Of a stretch of 64,000 bases of DNA, positions 61,889 through 64,000 are shown one piece after another. The DNA lies in contig JAQGGW010000004.1 in assembly GCA_028289135.1 (NCBI GenBank), positions 758-64,757 on the forward strand, read 5' to 3'. The notes beneath the pieces are model-generated. The model had not been told where the DNA came from and ran no database searches. It saw nothing but the letters and a program-made list of their open reading frames with translations. The position numbers and the translations under genes were made by a program. The stretch is from Candidatus Saccharimonadota bacterium (GTDB taxonomy: Bacteria; Patescibacteriota; Saccharimonadia; Saccharimonadales; JACDBH01). Position 1 is the stretch's first letter; each line of letters begins with the position of its first letter.

Positions 61889-64000
61889 ATGACAAAAAAC
61901 CTTGTGATCGTAGAGAGCCCCGCAAAGGCCAAGACAATCGAGAAGTACTTGGGCAAAGACTACACCGTTAAAAGTAGCTTTGGCCACATTCGTGATTTGC
62001 CAAAAAAGGGTCTCAGCATCGACAAGGCCAACAATTTTGAACCAACCTACGAAGTTAGCCCAGAGAAAAAGAAGGTTGTTGCGGAGCTTAAAAAGCTCGC
62101 CAAAGGAGCAGAAGTCTGGCTCGCAACTGATGAAGACCGCGAAGGGGAGGCCATTGCCTGGCACCTTGCTATGGCTCTTGGACTTGATACCAAAAAGACA
62201 AAGCGCATTGTTTTTCACGAAATTACCAAGCCAGCCATCTTGGCCGCAATCGAAAACCCTCGTTTGGTTGATTTGCATCTTGTAGACGCCCAGCAAGCCC
62301 GCCGTGTGCTTGACCGTCTTGTTGGCTACGAACTCTCACCAGTACTCTGGAAAAAGGTCCGCGCTGGATTGTCCGCAGGACGAGTTCAATCTGTTGCCGT
62401 CCGCCTTATTGTGGAGCGCGAACGCGCGATTGCCGCCCACCAGGCCGAAAGCAGCTATAAAATTATCGGCGACTTTTTAAGTAATAAAGAAAGTTTCAGC
62501 GCCGAGCTAAACACCAAGCCAGCTACCATTGAAGAATCCAAAAAGTTCCTAGAAGCCAACATTGGTGCCACCTATACCGTAAAAAGCGTCACCAAAAAGC
62601 CCGGCAGCCGTAACCCAGGCGCGCCGTTTACCACCTCAACACTCCAGCAAGAAGCCGCCCGCCGCCTTGGCTTTACCGTCCGTCAGACCATGTCCGTGGC
62701 CCAGCGCCTGTACGAAAGCGGAAAGATCACTTACATGCGTACCGACAGCACCATCTTGTCTGGCTTGGCAATTAACGCGGCCGAACAATACATCAAGAAA
62801 GAATTTGGCGACAAGTATCACACCTTGCGCCAGTTCAAGACCAAAGATTCCAGCGCCCAAGAAGCCCACGAAGCTATCCGCCCAACCGACTTTACGACCG
62901 AAACCGCCGGCGAAGACTCCCAGCAAGAAAAGCTTTATAAACTCATTTGGCAGCGCGCCCTCTCAAGCCAGATGTCACCAGCCGTTACTGACAAAACAGA
63001 TGTCAATATCACCATTTCCACGCGTCCAGAGGTGTTTGTTGCCAAAGGCGAGATATTAGTCTTTGACGGTTTCCTTCGGGTCTACGGCGGCGGCAAGGAC
63101 GACAGCCTTCTTCCTGACCTTAAAGAGGGTCAAGCCCTCCAGAACGAGCGTATTACAGCCACAGAGACCTTTAGCCGCGCTCCAGCCCGCTACTCGGAAG
63201 CATCACTTGTTAAAGCATTAGAAGAGATGGGAATTGGCCGTCCAAGCACCTACGCGCCGACCATTTCGACCGTCCAGGATAGGGGTTATGTTGAAAAGCA
63301 GGACCTTGAAGGCAATGAACGCGATGTCCGCAGCGCCGTATTAGTAAATGGCACAGTCAAAGAAGACACCGTCAAAGAGCGCTATGGCGCCGACAGAGGC
63401 AAACTGATGCCAACCGCTGTTGCCGAAGTAACTACCGACTTCTTAACCAAATACTTTGGGCCAATTGTAGACTATGACTTTACCGTCAAAGCCGAAAAAG
63501 AGTTCGACGATATTGCAGATGGTAAAACCGCCTGGAACAAGATGATTGCCGAGTTTTATAACAGCGACTTTAAGCCGCTAATTAAGGCATCCGCCGATGT
63601 TACCCGCGAAGAAACCTCACAGTCCCGTACACTCGGCACAGATCCAAAGAGTAAAAAACCAATCATCGTCCGTTTTGGCCGCTACGGCCCTATGCTCCAA
63701 AAGGGTGAGACCTCTGATGAGGAAAAGCCTGCTTTCGCCCCGCTTCCTAAGGAAACAACCATGGATAATGTCACGCTAGAGCAAGCTTTGCCAATGTTTG
63801 ACTTGCCAAAAACCATTGGTGCGCTCGAAGACGGCCGTCCGATTTTGGGCAACATAGGCCGTTTTGGCCCTTATATCCAGGTAGACAAGGTCTATGTGTC
63901 GCTAAAAGAGCATGACCCATTGACCATCACCGAAGAAGAAGCCCGCGAATTATTTGCCGAAAAGCTAGTCCAGATTGCCGAGCGCAACGTTGCCGACTTC
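61889..64000 (+). CDS. topA: DNA topoisomerase I (partial, continues beyond the window)
   Basis: Translated by hand: MTKNLVIVESPAKAKTIEKYLGKDYTVKSSFGHIRDLP...WLATDEDREGEAIAWHL is a Toprim domain. The frame stays open for 704 codons to the window edge, which is why it is absent from the track. Confidence 0.92.
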   Translation, partial: MTKNLVIVESPAKAKTIEKYLGKDYTVKSSFGHIRDLPKKGLSIDKANNFEPTYEVSPEKKKVVAELKKLAKGAEVWLATDEDREGEAIAWHLAMALGLDTKKTKRIVFHEITKPAILAAIENPRLVDLHLVDAQQARRVLDRLVGYELSPVLWKKVRAGLSAGRVQSVAVRLIVERERAIAAHQAESSYKIIGDFLSNKESFSAELNTKPATIEESKKFLEANIGATYTVKSVTKKPGSRNPGAPFTTSTLQQEAARRLGFTVRQTMSVAQRLYESGKITYMRTDSTILSGLAINAAEQYIKKEFGDKYHTLRQFKTKDSSAQEAHEAIRPTDFTTETAGEDSQQEKLYKLIWQRALSSQMSPAVTDKTDVNITISTRPEVFVAKGEILVFDGFLRVYGGGKDDSLLPDLKEGQALQNERITATETFSRAPARYSEASLVKALEEMGIGRPSTYAPTISTVQDRGYVEKQDLEGNERDVRSAVLVNGTVKEDTVKERYGADRGKLMPTAVAEVTTDFLTKYFGPIVDYDFTVKAEKEFDDIADGKTAWNKMIAEFYNSDFKPLIKASADVTREETSQSRTLGTDPKSKKPIIVRFGRYGPMLQKGETSDEEKPAFAPLPKETTMDNVTLEQALPMFDLPKTIGALEDGRPILGNIGRFGPYIQVDKVYVSLKEHDPLTITEEEARELFAEKLVQIAERNVADF

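Noticed and set aside
61853-62296. A 147-aa minus-strand ORF and other short ORFs at 61980-63779.
   Set aside because: They overlap the open topA reading frame (Toprim motif, 704 codons to the window edge). topA is missing from the track only because it has no stop inside the window.

Overview
Gene-dense 64-kb chromosomal window with about 72 protein genes, 3 tRNAs, and no rRNA, CRISPR array, transposase or integrase. The content is housekeeping and typical of a small-genome Patescibacteria/CPR bacterium, most likely Saccharibacteria-like. That assignment is an inference from gene content only. The content includes a complete F1Fo ATP synthase operon, NDH-2, heme O synthase, queA, a UvrD-nuclease fusion helicase, an aquaporin and folP. 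It also includes smpB, pyrH, xth, gltX, der, pth, dprA and topA (runs off the 3' edge), plus a sortase and PEGA and DUF3048 proteins. There are four sensor kinases, three response regulators and two ABC systems.

Most interesting observations:
1. A five-copy family of about 100-120 nt intergenic structured repeats at 11461, 17437, 22433, 50148 and 61468. Their helices differ in sequence but stay complementary, and all five are co-oriented with the flanking genes. One copy sits inside the atp operon between atpE and atpF. I could not match it to any RNA family I know.
2. Two low-GC ORFs of unknown function (132 aa and 79 aa) wedged into the atp operon between atpA/atpG and atpG/atpD, with overlapping stop/start codons.
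3. A tRNA-Gln whose 3' 19 bp is duplicated 160 bp downstream, bracketing a hairpin-rich spacer next to a GIY-YIG gene.
4. An unassigned, strongly structured non-coding region of about 310 nt upstream of dprA.
5. A compact promoter / 29-codon ORF / terminator unit in front of a GNAT-like/HDAC-like gene pair next to pth.
6. A low-GC islet with a DUF4365-like nuclease beside tRNA-Leu.
7. Pervasive TGnTAnAnT -10 boxes 6-10 nt upstream of start codons, implying leaderless or near-leaderless mRNAs.

All calls rest on reading the sequence and the ORF translations by eye. No database search was run.
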